From positions 512,001 to 576,000 of the forward strand of contig CAWHVC010000001.1 of assembly GCA_963832745.1 (NCBI GenBank): a DNA stretch of 64,000 bases, written 5' to 3'. The DNA comes from Candidatus Bathyarchaeota archaeon. GTDB taxonomy: Archaea; Thermoproteota; Bathyarchaeia; Bathyarchaeales; Bathycorpusculaceae. The notes below the pieces were generated by a model. That model saw nothing but the letters and a program-made list of their open reading frames with translations. It searched no databases and was not told the origin of the DNA. This document shows positions 49,881 through 60,002 of the stretch, one piece after another (within the stretch, counting starts at the first letter, position 1; each line of letters begins with the position of its first letter). A program made the translations under genes and the position numbers.

Positions 49881-52088
49881 TTAAGCCACTGATATCACTA
49901 CGTTATCAACCCAAACTGATTCAACAGCGCCACCAAGACCGAATTCTAGGTCTGTTTGGAAGCGGAACCAGAAGGTTGGGTCGAACATGTCGGGATTGGC
50001 AGCTTTGGTGAATGTGTGCGTGTATGTTTGCCATCCACTGTTTGCAGATATGCTAAAGGCTATCGGTGTGAAGTCTGGGCTATCTTGGTTTAAGTTTGGA
50101 TTTGTCTTCACTGAGTAGAATATTTGGAAATCGTCTGCTTCGTTAGTGTTTTCCGTTTTGTACATGAAGGATATTGTTATCGTGTTTGCGTGCGAGGTGT
50201 CTAATGAGTTTGCTGTGAATGCGCCGCTGTTTATTCCGTATGGGTCAGATTTTGCGCAGTTTGTTCCGTCTACGCCTTCACCTGTTGCAACGTACCATGG
50301 TGGTTGACTTCCGACAGTAAAGCCGTATAGCCAGTTGTCACCGTCAAAGCCAGTGGAGCGAGTGTTAATGTTGAATGTTGTTTGAACTGATGCAAAGTGT
50401 GTTGCAGATACAGTTATGGTTGGTGTTCCTGTGCTTGAATCTTTATAGTAGAATGAAACTTTGTCGCTGGTTATGGTTAATGGTGATGTTTCGGTTATTT
50501 GTTGTGTGCATGCAGAGTCCTTGTAGAATTTGCCGCCGCTGGATGTTGATGCTAAGTTAAGTGTTGTTGTCCCAGTTGTGATTGGGGTTCCTGAGGAGGT
50601 TTGGCGTTGGACTGTTATTTTTGTTGATGCTCTGTTTAGTTCTATATATTGGTTTGTGCCTTCTGTGAAGACTAGTTTGTCTGTTGGTTGTGCTTGGAAG
50701 TTTGCGGTTATGGTTCCGTCGCCAAGTATTGTTGCTGTCGTTTGGGTTGCTGATGTGTCAACTATGTTGATGTCGCCGCTATGTGTCCAAGAAGTGAATA
50801 CGTAGCCAGTTTTTGGTGTAGCTGTTATGGTGACTTTGTCGCCGTAACCGTAGTTAATGGTTCCAGACGGGTTTATTGTTCCGTATGCTGGATTGTTTAC
50901 TGTGTAAGTTACTGTGTATGACGTGGGGTTTGCAGGTGTTATGGTGAATGTTGTTGTTGCTGTTTGATAGTCTGTTGCTTGTGCGGTTAGGGTTTGAGTG
51001 CCAAATATTGAAGACTTGTAATAGAAGTCAGCCCCGTTTAAATTGGAGTTGATTGTGATTGTAGTAATCGCGTTAGTGCATGCTGAGTCAGAGTAGAATG
51101 TTCCGGCTGTTGCACTTAGAGTGACTGTTGTTGTACCTGTTGTGATTGGGGTACCTGTTGAATCTTGGCGTTGTATGGTTATCTTTTCTGATGCAGTGCC
51201 TGTTTGCAGACTTTGTGGTGTACCGGCTACGAAAGCAAGCTTGTTGTTATTTGTTGGTTCATCTGTTGGGGTTGGTGTGTTGGTTGGTGGAGTTTCTGTC
51301 GGGGTGGCTGTTGGGGTTGGGTTGTCCGTTGGGTTTGGATTGTCGGTTGGTGTGGTTGTTGGAGTTGGTGTTGGAGTTGGGCTTGGTGGCGTGGTGGCGA
51401 AGGTTGCTGTAACGGTGCCGTCAACGTTTACTTTTACATATGTTGTTGAATCTGAAGTGCCGTAAATTGTGTTAGTTGTTGGATTGCTGCTCCAGTATTG
51501 GAAGTAGTATTCGGATCCTGCTATTGCAGTGATTGGTATTACTGAGCCCTTGAAGTATGAGTGTGCACCTACTGATGGCGTTATTGATGATGAGCCGGCG
51601 TCAACCATTTGGAAGGTTATAGTTGCGTTGGTAGCTGATTGTTGTCCTGCATCGCCTGAGCCTTCAATGAATGTTCCCTCAATAGTTACAATTTTGATGT
51701 GAAGTTCCTCGTTTGGCAATGGTATGTAGTCGATTACAAGTTTTAGGGTTTGACCTTCAGTGATAGGTATAGGATCAAGTGGAATAGCGGGTTGGTCATC
51801 CACTAAAAGGATGTTTTTAAGTACGTCGTTAACGTAAACTGCGCCGTCATACTTGAGATGCACAGTTCCTTGGCCCGTGTTTTGCACGTAAACTACCAAG
51901 TTTCCCTGAGTGGTAAAGCTTTGAAGCTGTATGCTGTTGTCTGCCTTTCCAGTTTGGTTGCCCATGTAGCCCATAACCCAAGCGTAAGCAACAAGCCCCG
52001 CTATCACGGCTATAGCAATCATAAGCAACGCTGAAATAACCGGCGAAATAGCACGAATTGACCGTTTAAACTTTGTAATATTTCTCAT
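49881..52088 (-). CDS. Type IV pilin-like protein fused to repeated extracellular domains (735 aa)
   Basis: Class III signal KRSIRA|ISPVIS, PT-rich linker, repeated KLxF..KITxQRQ..GTPITTGTT domains and B-repeat-like domains. Confidence 0.9.
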   Translation of the reverse strand: MRNITKFKRSIRAISPVISALLMIAIAVIAGLVAYAWVMGYMGNQTGKADNSIQLQSFTTQGNLVVYVQNTGQGTVHLKYDGAVYVNDVLKNILLVDDQPAIPLDPIPITEGQTLKLVIDYIPLPNEELHIKIVTIEGTFIEGSGDAGQQSATNATITFQMVDAGSSSITPSVGAHSYFKGSVIPITAIAGSEYYFQYWSSNPTTNTIYGTSDSTTYVKVNVDGTVTATFATTPPSPTPTPTPTTTPTDNPNPTDNPTPTATPTETPPTNTPTPTDEPTNNNKLAFVAGTPQSLQTGTASEKITIQRQDSTGTPITTGTTTVTLSATAGTFYSDSACTNAITTITINSNLNGADFYYKSSIFGTQTLTAQATDYQTATTTFTITPANPTSYTVTYTVNNPAYGTINPSGTINYGYGDKVTITATPKTGYVFTSWTHSGDINIVDTSATQTTATILGDGTITANFQAQPTDKLVFTEGTNQYIELNRASTKITVQRQTSSGTPITTGTTTLNLASTSSGGKFYKDSACTQQITETSPLTITSDKVSFYYKDSSTGTPTITVSATHFASVQTTFNINTRSTGFDGDNWLYGFTVGSQPPWYVATGEGVDGTNCAKSDPYGINSGAFTANSLDTSHANTITISFMYKTENTNEADDFQIFYSVKTNPNLNQDSPDFTPIAFSISANSGWQTYTHTFTKAANPDMFDPTFWFRFQTDLEFGLGGAVESVWVDNVVISVA

Positions 52089-52258
52089 TTGTTATTCTCC
52101 TTTCCTCAAACTATAGTTTACTCTAAATCGTTAAATCAAATATCCGCTAAGTCGATATTTAAAGGAATCTTAAGAAACCACAACGTATCAAGAACAAGAA
52201 TAAGTACAAAAACAGACACAACCAAAACCGCACAACCAACCCAAAAAACAAAGAAACA

Positions 52259-52334
52259 ACATGCTAATGGCTTGTTTTCCAACCATTAGCACCCTACCCC
52301 CTTATAGGTATCTGCATACAACCACTAATAGAGC
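52259..52334 (+). repeat. Dispersed intergenic repeat, copy D
   Basis: ACATGCTAATGGCTTG..CCAACCATTAGCACCCTACCCCCTTATAGGTATCTGCATAC. Confidence 0.75.
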
Positions 52335-52603
52335 AAATAGACAACCACCTATAGAATAACAAATGACAACAAACAGTTAGGGCAACAATCAACAAACGAC
52401 AACTAAAAAACCAGACTACCAACTTTTGTTACTCACTTACTTCAACACATAGAACGATTTGGCATAAATTGCCCATCATCAGAGAATCAATGACTCCACA
52501 TAAATCAAAACAGGCTTGGTTATATTAAAAAGAAAAAGGAAACGGGGTTTATTTCCCCTATATCTCTATCATGCTTTCGATCTGACAGTAATAGTGTTTG
52601 ATG

Positions 52604-53857
52604 TTACGGTTGGTTTACAGTAACGATAGTTTGTGCTTGTGTTAAGCCCGTGGAAGTAGCGGTGAATGTCAAAGTTGCAGGAAGAGGATTTTCAGTCCAG
52701 TAGCCATAGTAGACATTGACAGAGCTAGAATCTGCAGGCAGAGTAATACTGTTTATGACGTTAGGGTAGGTATCGCCTTGATGTGCGTAGAAGTTGGCAT
52801 TGTTGACTCCCCCATCATCCAGATTTATCGTGATAGCGCCGCCAATTGTTGTGGGATTGCCAGATGCGGTCTGTCGCTCAATAGTGAACAGTGTATTAAC
52901 GCCAGCTATGATCGGTGAGGGATGAACAGAAAAGACCAATTTTGTTGCAACTTCAGAAGTGAATGTTGCACTGATTGTTGTGTCGCCAGTGATTGTTATT
53001 GTTGCTGGGTTTGTTGAGCCTGTTAAGTCGCCAGTCCATTCTGCGAAGCTTGAGTCGCCAGATGGAGTTGCAGTCAATTCAACAACATCACCGTAATGGT
53101 ATTTTTGTTGATCTGGGCTTTTAGCTACTGAACCTGAGCCTGTGCCGGCTGTGTTTACTGTTAATGTGTATTCGTTTTGTGTGAATACTGCTGTGATAGT
53201 TTTGGCTGAGTCCATTACAATTGGTAGTGGGTTAGTATTGCCGGTGTAGGAACCGCTCCAGTGGTTAAAAGTCCAACCGTTGTCTGCGACTGCTTCAATT
53301 TCAACTTGAGCGTTTGCATCGTAAGCTGAGGCATCAGGGGTTCTATCAACATGACCACCTTCATTATTTTCAATATTTGTTGTTAGTGTATATTGTTGCT
53401 GACCAGGGTTTGCTGTGGGTGAACTTGAGCCTGTGCCTTTGACTTCCATGAATGTGCCGCCTGTGGAGGTAACTTTAATTTGAATTTCTTCGCCAGCATT
53501 CCAGTCAGCAAGCAGATTAAGGTAGAATGCAGCAGTGTTACCTTCAGGAATATCCACTGAATCACTTCTAGCTGTGTCAATTGATACTAACTGGTCATTA
53601 ATGTAGATGCTACCGACTGTTACGGGTCCTTGACCAACATTCTGGACATAAACCCACATGTGACCTGCATCGTCACCTTTAACATAGCTAGGGATTTCTA
53701 TTGCTTGACCTGTTTTAGCGGTTTGGAAGTTCATATACCCCATAACCCAGGCGTAAGCAACCAGTGACGCTACGACTGCAATTGCAATCATAAGCAGCAC
53801 TGAAATTACAGGTGATATAGCTCTTATAGATCTCTTAAATTTTGTTACATATCTCAA
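52604..53857 (-). CDS. Type IV pilin-like protein with two B-repeat-like domains (417 aa)
   Basis: KRSIRA|ISPVISVLLMIA; YTLT..G..V..P...Y....V.L.A....W.G repeats. Confidence 0.9.
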   Translation of the reverse strand: MRYVTKFKRSIRAISPVISVLLMIAIAVVASLVAYAWVMGYMNFQTAKTGQAIEIPSYVKGDDAGHMWVYVQNVGQGPVTVGSIYINDQLVSIDTARSDSVDIPEGNTAAFYLNLLADWNAGEEIQIKVTSTGGTFMEVKGTGSSSPTANPGQQQYTLTTNIENNEGGHVDRTPDASAYDANAQVEIEAVADNGWTFNHWSGSYTGNTNPLPIVMDSAKTITAVFTQNEYTLTVNTAGTGSGSVAKSPDQQKYHYGDVVELTATPSGDSSFAEWTGDLTGSTNPATITITGDTTISATFTSEVATKLVFSVHPSPIIAGVNTLFTIERQTASGNPTTIGGAITINLDDGGVNNANFYAHQGDTYPNVINSITLPADSSSVNVYYGYWTENPLPATLTFTATSTGLTQAQTIVTVNQP

Positions 53858-53980
53858 TTCTTTCTCTTCTCCCTTCTCCTAAAAAGAAAAGCTAAACAAG
53901 TTACCAATAACATCTTATATAAAACTACATAGAACAAAACTTCAGACAAAAAAAGAACAACCATAACCACAAAAAATCAG

Positions 53981-54236
53981 CATATTAATGGCTTGGCTTT
54001 CAACCAATAGCAACCTACCCCCCCTTAGAGATTTGCGGCGGTGGCAATTTCACAGCGGGTTTTGACCTACCCCCTATAGGTTTCAACATAGAACTACTAG
54101 TAGGGTCCTAATAGGATGGTATGAAAAGTAAAGCGGTTGAACCACAACAGAAAGCAGCGAACAGCAAAATGCAGGTTGGGCAACTAGGCAGGGCCCATTA
54201 AACGGTTACCCCGCCCTAAACAAGCCACAACCCACC
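53981..54236 (+). repeat. Dispersed intergenic repeat, long copy E
   Basis: Colinear similarity to the reverse complement of 25632-25920. Confidence 0.8.
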
Positions 54237-54799
54237 CCACACACATAAGCAATTGTGGCAAACAAAAAACCAATTTAGAAAATCATTTTTCCAAAATCTT
54301 CTGAATTTCCTCTAAATGTTCAGCAACCCTTTCGCCCGTGAAAAGTTGCAAAGTTGCTTGCCATTATACACCTACATCATCGCAGTTTTCCCCGAACCCC
54401 TTAAAACAAGCCAAAAAACAACCCAATTCACCGATGAAGCAGGGTAACAGGCAAAAACGGCACAGTCAACAAAATGATGTTCAACTCATACTTAGGAAAG
54501 AATAAACAACCCACCACCTGCAAGTTTCAACATAGAGCCATTAATAGGACTCAATTGTCCTTTGAAAGTTTAGGCCACAGGTTTTGTTCAGATATGATAA
54601 TATGATCCAAAAAAACAGTTTAATAATTAAAAAATTAATTCGCACATTTTCAAGCCCTAATTCGATTCTTTAAATCAAGCATTCGCAAAGCTGCTATTCA
54701 AAAAAATACCCAGAACATATTAAAATTAAGTAAAAAAAACAGAATACCTTAAGAAGCTCGATTAAATTAACAAAAATCTTTTTTAAAAAAAAGAAAAAA

Positions 54800-56677
54800 T
54801 TAGGGGATTGTATAGCTACAGTAAATACTGTACTTAATGGTGTTGCTTCCTTCCCAACTTCCAACATTTGATGGGAATGTTCCTGTGTATGATGAACTCT
54901 CTGTTCTTCCTAGGCCGCCAGTATTTGAACTACCGTAGAGATATGCGTATTGTGAACCGCCATAACCACCTTGGTTGTTTGTCCAGACCACTATTACATA
55001 TTGAGTGCTTGCTGAAAGTGTTGGTTTATCCGCGCTAGCGAAATTGAAGACTACAAATTGATCGTCTGTAGAAGTTGAAACTGCCACTTGTTGAGTACTT
55101 GCTACAAGACTTCCACCTGTAGTGTATATTGCGGCTTTAACATTATAGTCTGTTGTAACATGGACATACGCAGATATACTATCAACTTTAACGGTGTATG
55201 CTGGAGATGTAAAGACTGAACCGACAATGCTATTTTCAATGCTTGTAGAATAGCTGCTTGATCCTGCTTGTGTGTTACCGAATGTTCCTGTGTTAGGGTT
55301 TACTGTTAAAGATGTTGCTTGACTTGTTGCATCGTAGTAGTTGTTGTCACCGCTGTAAATTGCTTGGAATTGATAAGTATCAACTGTTGTTGGAGTGTAA
55401 GTTGTTGATGCGGAACCGCTTGATAGACTTACTGCAGAGTTAAAGTCATTCCATGAACCTGATCCAATTTTTACTTGGAATTGTACGGTACTTGTTGGGT
55501 CGGAAACGCCTGAAACGCCGGTAACTGTCACGGATACTTGGACTTCGTTGTTAACGACAACTGGATTTGGAGTTACTGTTGGTGTTGAAACGGTTGCGGT
55601 TGCTTTGTTTACGGTTAAGGTTTCTGTGTTTCCTGTTGCAGTGTTATAGACACTATCGCCGCTGTATACTGCTCTTATTAGGTAGGATCCTTCTGCATTT
55701 GGTTGGACTGATGCTGAGCTGGCTGTGCCGCTTGATAATGGTCGGTTAGCGTCGCCAAATGTATTCCAGTTTGCTCCGCTGTCTGTTGAGTATTGGAATG
55801 TTACTGATCCTGTGGGAGTGCCTGCGGACCCTGAAACGGTTACTGAAGCTGTGATTGAATTACCCATTGTAATTGTGGTTGCGCTGAGGGTTGGAGCTGG
55901 AACATTTGCATTTTCTAGATCAGGTTCTTGAACTGATAGATTTCTTGATGTGCTTGCAGATGCATAAGTGCCGTCAGAAGCAAAGTTTACTGAAACTGTC
56001 CAAGCGCCAGTTACGTCAGGTGTGTATGAGTCACTGTATTGACCAGAAGAATCTGTTGTTTGTGTGTGAACAACATCGGTGTGTCCGCTTGATTGATAGG
56101 TAATTGTTACAGTTTTGTCTGGAATGCCTACACTGCTGGCTGTTAATGAACCAGAAGCAGTTACGCCTTCACCAAAAGTAATAGTGCTTGAGCTTAAATC
56201 GCAAGTTAGAACTGCGAAAGTTAAGCCTGGCTGGTTTGAATTGCTGCTGCCTGTGCCTTGGACTTCCATGAATGTGCCGCCTGTGGTTGTAACTTTGATC
56301 TTAACTTGGTCGCCAGCATGCCATGGAGCATTTAATTGGACAGTTAATTCTTTAGTTTCGCCAGCGTCAATTTTTAAGTCTGCGGGTGAAAGAATCTGCA
56401 CTTGTGCATCGTTAATGTATACGTTGCCCACTGTTACGGAACCTTGGCCGGTGTTCTGTACGTAAATTCGCATCTGCAAGTTATCAGCAGTTACACCCTC
56501 TGCATAGCTGGGGATTTGTATTGCTTCGCCCACCTTGTCAGTTTGGAAGTTCATGTATCCCATGACCCAGGCGTAGGCTACTAGTGAGGCTACGACTGCG
56601 ATTGCAATCATGAGCAGCACTGATATTACGGGTGATATACCTTTTATTGATCTTTTAAATTTGGTTATATTTCTCAA
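54800..56677 (-). CDS. Type IV pilin-like protein with Ig-like domains (625 aa)
   Basis: KRSIKG|ISPVISVLLMIA; PTGSVTFQ..LSSG.AS..A.YSGD..Y Ig-like repeats. Confidence 0.9.
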   Translation of the reverse strand: MRNITKFKRSIKGISPVISVLLMIAIAVVASLVAYAWVMGYMNFQTDKVGEAIQIPSYAEGVTADNLQMRIYVQNTGQGSVTVGNVYINDAQVQILSPADLKIDAGETKELTVQLNAPWHAGDQVKIKVTTTGGTFMEVQGTGSSNSNQPGLTFAVLTCDLSSSTITFGEGVTASGSLTASSVGIPDKTVTITYQSSGHTDVVHTQTTDSSGQYSDSYTPDVTGAWTVSVNFASDGTYASASTSRNLSVQEPDLENANVPAPTLSATTITMGNSITASVTVSGSAGTPTGSVTFQYSTDSGANWNTFGDANRPLSSGTASSASVQPNAEGSYLIRAVYSGDSVYNTATGNTETLTVNKATATVSTPTVTPNPVVVNNEVQVSVTVTGVSGVSDPTSTVQFQVKIGSGSWNDFNSAVSLSSGSASTTYTPTTVDTYQFQAIYSGDNNYYDATSQATSLTVNPNTGTFGNTQAGSSSYSTSIENSIVGSVFTSPAYTVKVDSISAYVHVTTDYNVKAAIYTTGGSLVASTQQVAVSTSTDDQFVVFNFASADKPTLSASTQYVIVVWTNNQGGYGGSQYAYLYGSSNTGGLGRTESSSYTGTFPSNVGSWEGSNTIKYSIYCSYTIP

Positions 56678-56882
56678 TTTGTTTTCTTCTCCCTTCTCAC
56701 GTTTTTTAGAAATTTTCCTCTTTATTGTTGTTTGAAAATCAAGTAAGCGGTTAAACTATTTAAAAGGTAATGTAGTAAGCGTCTATTGAAACATGGAATA
56801 TGTCCAAAACTGGAATATGGGCATATAACCACCAAAACAAATAAGGACGCAAACAAGTTAACAGTTATACAGGTGGCAAAAG

Positions 56883-58031
56883 GTGGATACTTCAAAAATT
56901 CGGGTAAGAGAACATTTTGGTATAGCAACAAACGAAACCAGCACTAAACAAGTCAGTTTCCTTATCAGTCCACCCAAAGGCCGACAAAGCATACAGCAAC
57001 AAGACATCGTGCTACTTGACCATCCAATCTATGGCGAGACCTGCCAAATCATCGCGCAAGTTAAAGAAATCGCAAGTTATGAAGAATTTGCCGGCAGCAG
57101 CCATAACGACCGCTTAGGAAAAATGCTTGCAAACGCAGACATCATTGGATACGTCAATTTGGAAAAAGAAGACAAACCCTTGCAAAAACTTCTCGCGCCA
57201 CCTAACCCGGGAAGCCGCATCTACATGCCTTACACCGAATTTATAGAAGACGTCTTTGCAAGAGACCGCGCAGGCAAACCGTTTGAGCAGCCGCTTCAGT
57301 TTGGAAACAGTGAAACATGCGCTTTAACTCCAGACGGAGCAAGCAAGCAGGTCAGCATTTTCCTTAACGGCAAAGACATCATGGGCATGCATACATTGGT
57401 CTCGGCAGTTGGTGGGGCAGGAAAAACCAATGTCGTCAAAGTAATGGTTGAAGAGTTCACTCAAAAAGGCGATATGCCAATTGTAGTTGTGGACCCAAAC
57501 GGCGAATACCCAAACGTAGCTTCAGAAAAATATACAGCCGTAACTGTTACTCCGCAAATGAAAACTTTACCAAAAATCGCGGCAAACCAACTAACAATCC
57601 TTAAAGGGCAAACTTTAAGCTTGGAAGAAAAAGGCAAATTCTTTACAAGCCAAATCGCAGCACTGGTTAAAGCAAAAATGGATAAAACAGTTCCAAGTTT
57701 CCTGCTGGTAATTGAGGACCCAGAAAACATCCACGCCGACACGCTTAAGGAAATAATTAATGCAAAAATAGGCATAACCGCGGTTCTGGTTACATCACAC
57801 CCAACTGGCCTACAGGCGCCAATTCTTTTGCAGATGGGTAATCAAATCGTGGGAAAAACCGTTGACCCACAGGACATAGCGTACCTTAGAGGAATGTTAA
57901 ACTGCACAGAAAACGAATTCACAGGCCTTTGTCAGGGCGAGTTTTTTGTTAACGGTTTAAACATGGCGCGTCCAGCAAAAGTGCAAATAAAATTGGCACA
58001 AGCAGAGCTTTTGCTGAAACCTGGGGCATAA
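56883..58031 (+). CDS. HerA/DUF87-like protein (HAS-barrel plus shortened ATPase)
   Basis: PPNPGSRIY, HTLVSAVGGAGKTN, VVVDPNGEY; Walker B region altered (LLVIEDPEN). Confidence 0.8.
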   Translation: MDTSKIRVREHFGIATNETSTKQVSFLISPPKGRQSIQQQDIVLLDHPIYGETCQIIAQVKEIASYEEFAGSSHNDRLGKMLANADIIGYVNLEKEDKPLQKLLAPPNPGSRIYMPYTEFIEDVFARDRAGKPFEQPLQFGNSETCALTPDGASKQVSIFLNGKDIMGMHTLVSAVGGAGKTNVVKVMVEEFTQKGDMPIVVVDPNGEYPNVASEKYTAVTVTPQMKTLPKIAANQLTILKGQTLSLEEKGKFFTSQIAALVKAKMDKTVPSFLLVIEDPENIHADTLKEIINAKIGITAVLVTSHPTGLQAPILLQMGNQIVGKTVDPQDIAYLRGMLNCTENEFTGLCQGEFFVNGLNMARPAKVQIKLAQAELLLKPGA

Positions 58032-58258
58032 AAGTTAAAGGCACACTTTATGTGGTAATTGCATCTCTTAGAAAGGGATTGTTAGGTAAGCAGGAAGCTA
58101 AAGACACGGTTTATGCGTTAGTGTTTAAGGGTTTTAGAATTGAACCTAAGCTTTTGGCAAGAATAATCGAAACAATCGAAAAAGAAAACGCAGAATAACT
58201 CGACCCAAACCTGCTGGTTCCTTAAAAAAGGCTTGATCCAGTTTTCAAAAAGTAGGGG

Positions 58259-58675
58259 TTATGGGTTGTATTGGTAGGTAGCTATGTTACCTGTTGTAGT
58301 CACTACTTTGTACAATACTGACCCAGCAGGTACTGACAAAGTTATAGGAATTGCAACCTGTTTGCCAGCAGGAACTAACCAGTCAGGATCATAGTAATCA
58401 TGACTTTTTGCGGGACCACTGCCACTAATCACCCAGACTCTGGAAATAGTTGTATCCATACCACCAGTGTTTGTAACAGTTAATTGGCTATCACTGTAAC
58501 CATCAATGCGAACGGGAGTCTGTATCTTGTCAACATAAAGCTGATTCATCTCACGGGTTGCCGCGTCATGCCAAAGATAAACGTTAGTAAAGAAGAAAAG
58601 TAAGATTACAATGAACATTACTGACCCAATCACTTCAGCGGTTCCTTTGCGATTTTTTATTAATTTTTTAAACAC
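58259..58675 (-). CDS. Minor type IV pilin-like protein
   Basis: KNRKG|TAEVIGS hydrophobic helix; VTNTGG; KVVTTTGN. Confidence 0.85.
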   Translation of the reverse strand: MFKKLIKNRKGTAEVIGSVMFIVILLFFFTNVYLWHDAATREMNQLYVDKIQTPVRIDGYSDSQLTVTNTGGMDTTISRVWVISGSGPAKSHDYYDPDWLVPAGKQVAIPITLSVPAGSVLYKVVTTTGNIATYQYNP

Positions 58676-58690
58676 ATTCTCAACTCCATG

Positions 58691-59143
58691 TTATGGTGCT
58701 ACAATTATTGACTCGAAGGTCGAGCCCCTGTTTGTTGAAACCTTGAAAGTATATTCATTATTTGAAACCCATGATATCAATGTTTGAGCGGGAATGAGGA
58801 CGTGCTCCCCCATAGGCACCTTAAGGTCAGTGCCCGGATTAATTGTAAGTGATAAACCATTAACGTATATGGCGTTAATATCAACATCAATCTTCCCAGC
58901 ATTATAAACCCATATCTCTGCTTGAGTTCCATAACTGCTACCGGATGGGTTCAGATTTATGTCTTCTATTGTTAGTGATTCCATTACTGCTCCACCTACA
59001 CCTTCTTTGTAGGTTTGTGCATACACTGTAACATAAGCAAAAAGAAGTGTCATTCCAATCATTACCACCATTATCATTAAGATGGTTGAGATGACTGTTG
59101 ACAGCGCACGATTGTTTTTTCTGGTTCTAAAGAGTTTTTTCAT
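58691..59143 (-). CDS. Minor type IV pilin-like protein
   Basis: Start MKKLFRTRKNNRA|LSTVIST; VYNAGKI; KVSTNRGS. Confidence 0.85.
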   Translation of the reverse strand: MKKLFRTRKNNRALSTVISTILMIMVVMIGMTLLFAYVTVYAQTYKEGVGGAVMESLTIEDINLNPSGSSYGTQAEIWVYNAGKIDVDINAIYVNGLSLTINPGTDLKVPMGEHVLIPAQTLISWVSNNEYTFKVSTNRGSTFESIIVAP

Positions 59144-59148
59144 GTTTG

Positions 59149-59997
59149 TTACACCCAGTTTGGCGGAATCGTAAACAGAAATATCACGTAACCAATAACA
59201 CACAGAATAATGGCATGTTTTAGACCACCTGCAACCCGGCGTTCGCCAAGTTTGCCAGCCATTAAACCGCCGGTAACCCCGGAAATTATCATGTCTTGAT
59301 AGAAGAAATCTTTAAACCCAGCTATACTGCCGATGGAGACTTGACCGCCGATTTGTGCCGAACCCTGCATTGGCGCAAAAAAAGATTGCACCAGCAAAAC
59401 AGCAGTTACAACAAAAACCATGAATGCCGCGTAAACGATGATTATGTAGGGTTTCATTTGCTGGTTGGTTTCGCGGTCCATTTCCCGCATTTCTTCCATG
59501 AAACCGGAGGTGGCGGTGAAGACTTTTTTGATTGTTCCGCCTGAACGGCTGGCTTCAAGAACCAAAGCGCAGAAACGGTTTACGACTGGCGAGTTAATGT
59601 TGTTTTTAAAGTTGGTTAATGCATCCTCAAATGAGGTGCCCCAGGACATTTGTACCGTGATTTTGCGCACTTCATCAGCTAAGGGGGCTGGTACCATACG
59701 GTTTTCTACAACTTTTTCAAACGCTTTTACAAGGGTTAAACCTGTCTCTTGGGATTCAGCTACACCTCGAACGAGAATGGGCAACTGGTTTTCGATTGCT
59801 TCCATCCATCGTTGGTTCTCGTAGTCCAAGATGGCGGATGGTATAAGAATTATCAGTATTGCAGCAAGGAAGATTTCGTTAAGATAAATGACAAACGTGG
59901 ATGATGAAAGTACTAGCAGCATAATAATGGGTATGACGACTGCAAGGACTGATGCGCCGGCTACTATTTGTCGTGTCTTTAATGAAATTTTTCGCAT
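59149..59997 (-). CDS. Type IV pilus membrane platform protein (T2SS F/TadC-like)
   Basis: ENQLPILVRGVAE..G, WGTSFEDAL, ASRSGG, GLMAGKL. Confidence 0.9.
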   Translation of the reverse strand: MRKISLKTRQIVAGASVLAVVIPIIMLLVLSSSTFVIYLNEIFLAAILIILIPSAILDYENQRWMEAIENQLPILVRGVAESQETGLTLVKAFEKVVENRMVPAPLADEVRKITVQMSWGTSFEDALTNFKNNINSPVVNRFCALVLEASRSGGTIKKVFTATSGFMEEMREMDRETNQQMKPYIIIVYAAFMVFVVTAVLLVQSFFAPMQGSAQIGGQVSIGSIAGFKDFFYQDMIISGVTGGLMAGKLGERRVAGGLKHAIILCVIGYVIFLFTIPPNWV

Positions 59998-60002
59998 TTT
60001 GT

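Noticed and set aside
51260-51395. GTTGG(T/A/G) tandem repeats
   Set aside because: Pro/Thr linker coding sequence of the 735-aa pilin; not a CRISPR array or an independent repeat.
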